Shown here in pieces: positions 63,046 through 64,000 of a stretch of 64,000 bases of DNA. Position 1 is the first letter of the stretch. Every line of letters begins with the position of its first letter. This DNA comes from Escherichia phage vB_EcoM_NBG2: the sequence record NC_054925.1; one strand, written 5' to 3'. The notes below the pieces were generated by a model, which was not told the DNA's origin, did no database searches, and saw only the letters and a list, made by a program, of their open reading frames with translations. The position numbers and the translations under genes were made by a program.

Positions 63046-63064
63046 ATAAGGGCCGAAGCCCTTA
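63046..63064 (-). terminator. terminator / intercistronic hairpin after rIIB
   Basis: gggccgaagccc stem-loop overlapping the rIIB stop region. Confidence 0.5.
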
Positions 63065-64000
63065 TTTAAATTGTTCAGTAACGTCTTCAACTACTTCGTA
63101 TTGGCAGGTACGCATTTTAGCGTCGTTGTAATCAATCGGAATTGATACCACATCGCGAGGATGCACTTTAACTTTTACGACTCGGCTGGTTGAACTGCCA
63201 AAGTGACGAATATAAGATTTAGAACACACATGCAGACCACGAGAACAAGTTTGTGTATCATCGTCATTCACGCGAGTACGTGGCATTTTAACTACTTTAC
63301 CCGGACTGTTATCAAAGGTGTTTGAGTGACAGTCAAAGTAGTTGTCACGAACTACTTTCCAAGCATAGAAGTAACCATCTTCTGTAATTTCAATATCATT
63401 TGCTACCAAGAAATCAAAGAGTCGAGATACCGCTTTTTGGCTTGGGTTTTCCAGCAGATTTTCCAAGAACGGAAAATAAAATTCAAAGTTTTCGCCTTTT
63501 TCCATCGAGTCAAGAATACGATCAACCAAACCAGACCGCAATTCAATATTTTGATAGAACAAGCTTCCACCTTCAATTCGAACATCGCCGGAAATATATT
63601 TTTCAACAGCGCGACGAACATTAATTTTTTGTGCCGCTTCTTCCAACTTATCCGCTACAAGCAGATTAAGAATTTCCTGGAAGTTTGAATGAGTATTAGG
63701 AGTTGCGTTATAAGTTACACCGTCAACAGTAATTGAAATGAATTTTTTAGAAGCATTCCAAATAATATCAGATTTAGCAACTGGAGCAATAACTGCATCG
63801 CTATTAACTTTAACTGTAATATCACCGCTAATAGTAACTTTAGGGCGTTTAGCTTCTTCAGCATTTTTCAAAACACGACGGATTGTGTCAACCGATACAC
63901 CTTGCCAATCAGCCAATTCCTGTTGGGTGTAATTACCACTTGAATATAGTTTAACAATTTCAGCTTGTTCGTTTTTGGTCAGGCATTTAATATTGTACAT
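63062..64000 (-). CDS. rIIB: rIIB protein (rapid-lysis locus)
   Basis: 312 aa, MYNIKCLTKNEQAEIVKLYSSGNYTQQELADWQG...; ATG is the last three bases of the window. Confidence 0.93.
   Translation of the reverse strand: MYNIKCLTKNEQAEIVKLYSSGNYTQQELADWQGVSVDTIRRVLKNAEEAKRPKVTISGDITVKVNSDAVIAPVAKSDIIWNASKKFISITVDGVTYNATPNTHSNFQEILNLLVADKLEEAAQKINVRRAVEKYISGDVRIEGGSLFYQNIELRSGLVDRILDSMEKGENFEFYFPFLENLLENPSQKAVSRLFDFLVANDIEITEDGYFYAWKVVRDNYFDCHSNTFDNSPGKVVKMPRTRVNDDDTQTCSRGLHVCSKSYIRHFGSSTSRVVKVKVHPRDVVSIPIDYNDAKMRTCQYEVVEDVTEQFK

Noticed and set aside
63326-63932. Plus- and minus-strand ORFs of 64-120 aa overlapping rIIB
   Set aside because: Inside the well-supported rIIB frame, with no start signals.

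Overview
This window is a ~64 kb stretch of a T4-like (T-even, Tequatrovirus-type) coliphage genome, collinear with the T4 map from the 3' end of gene 24 to the start codon of rIIB (last base of the window). Gene content in order: rnlB, hoc, inh, a GIY-YIG seg endonuclease, uvsW, uvsY, baseplate hub genes 25-26-51-27-28-29-48-54, two tandem Alt-like ADP-ribosyltransferases, DNA ligase (30), the 30.1-30.9 block, rIII, 31, cd, pseT (Pnk), spanins, alc, rnlA, denA, nrdB, nrdA, td (split by a 1016-nt group I intron carrying I-TevI), frd, 32, 59, 33, dsbA, rnh, long tail fibre genes 34-38, holin t, asiA, arn, motA, 52, ac, stp, ndd, denB and rIIB. Many T4-type early (GTTTAC...TATAxT), middle (MotA box) and late (TATAAATA) promoters and GC-rich terminator hairpins are visible. 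It is not T4 itself, judged against my recollection of the T4 reference: hoc carries an extra tandem Ig module, there are two intact alt paralogs, nrdB has no intron and there is no mobE or segG, gp38 is the T2-type glycine-rich adhesin, and an extra ORF separates frd from td. I found no CRISPR array, tRNA, rRNA or integrase, and no single clearly novel multi-gene system; the best leads are the frd-td insertion, the unusually large GC-rich gap between 30.9 and rIII, and the tandem ART pair. All comparisons to T4 are from memory; no searches were run. Hand-derived coordinates for small ORFs and motifs may be off by 2-3 nt.
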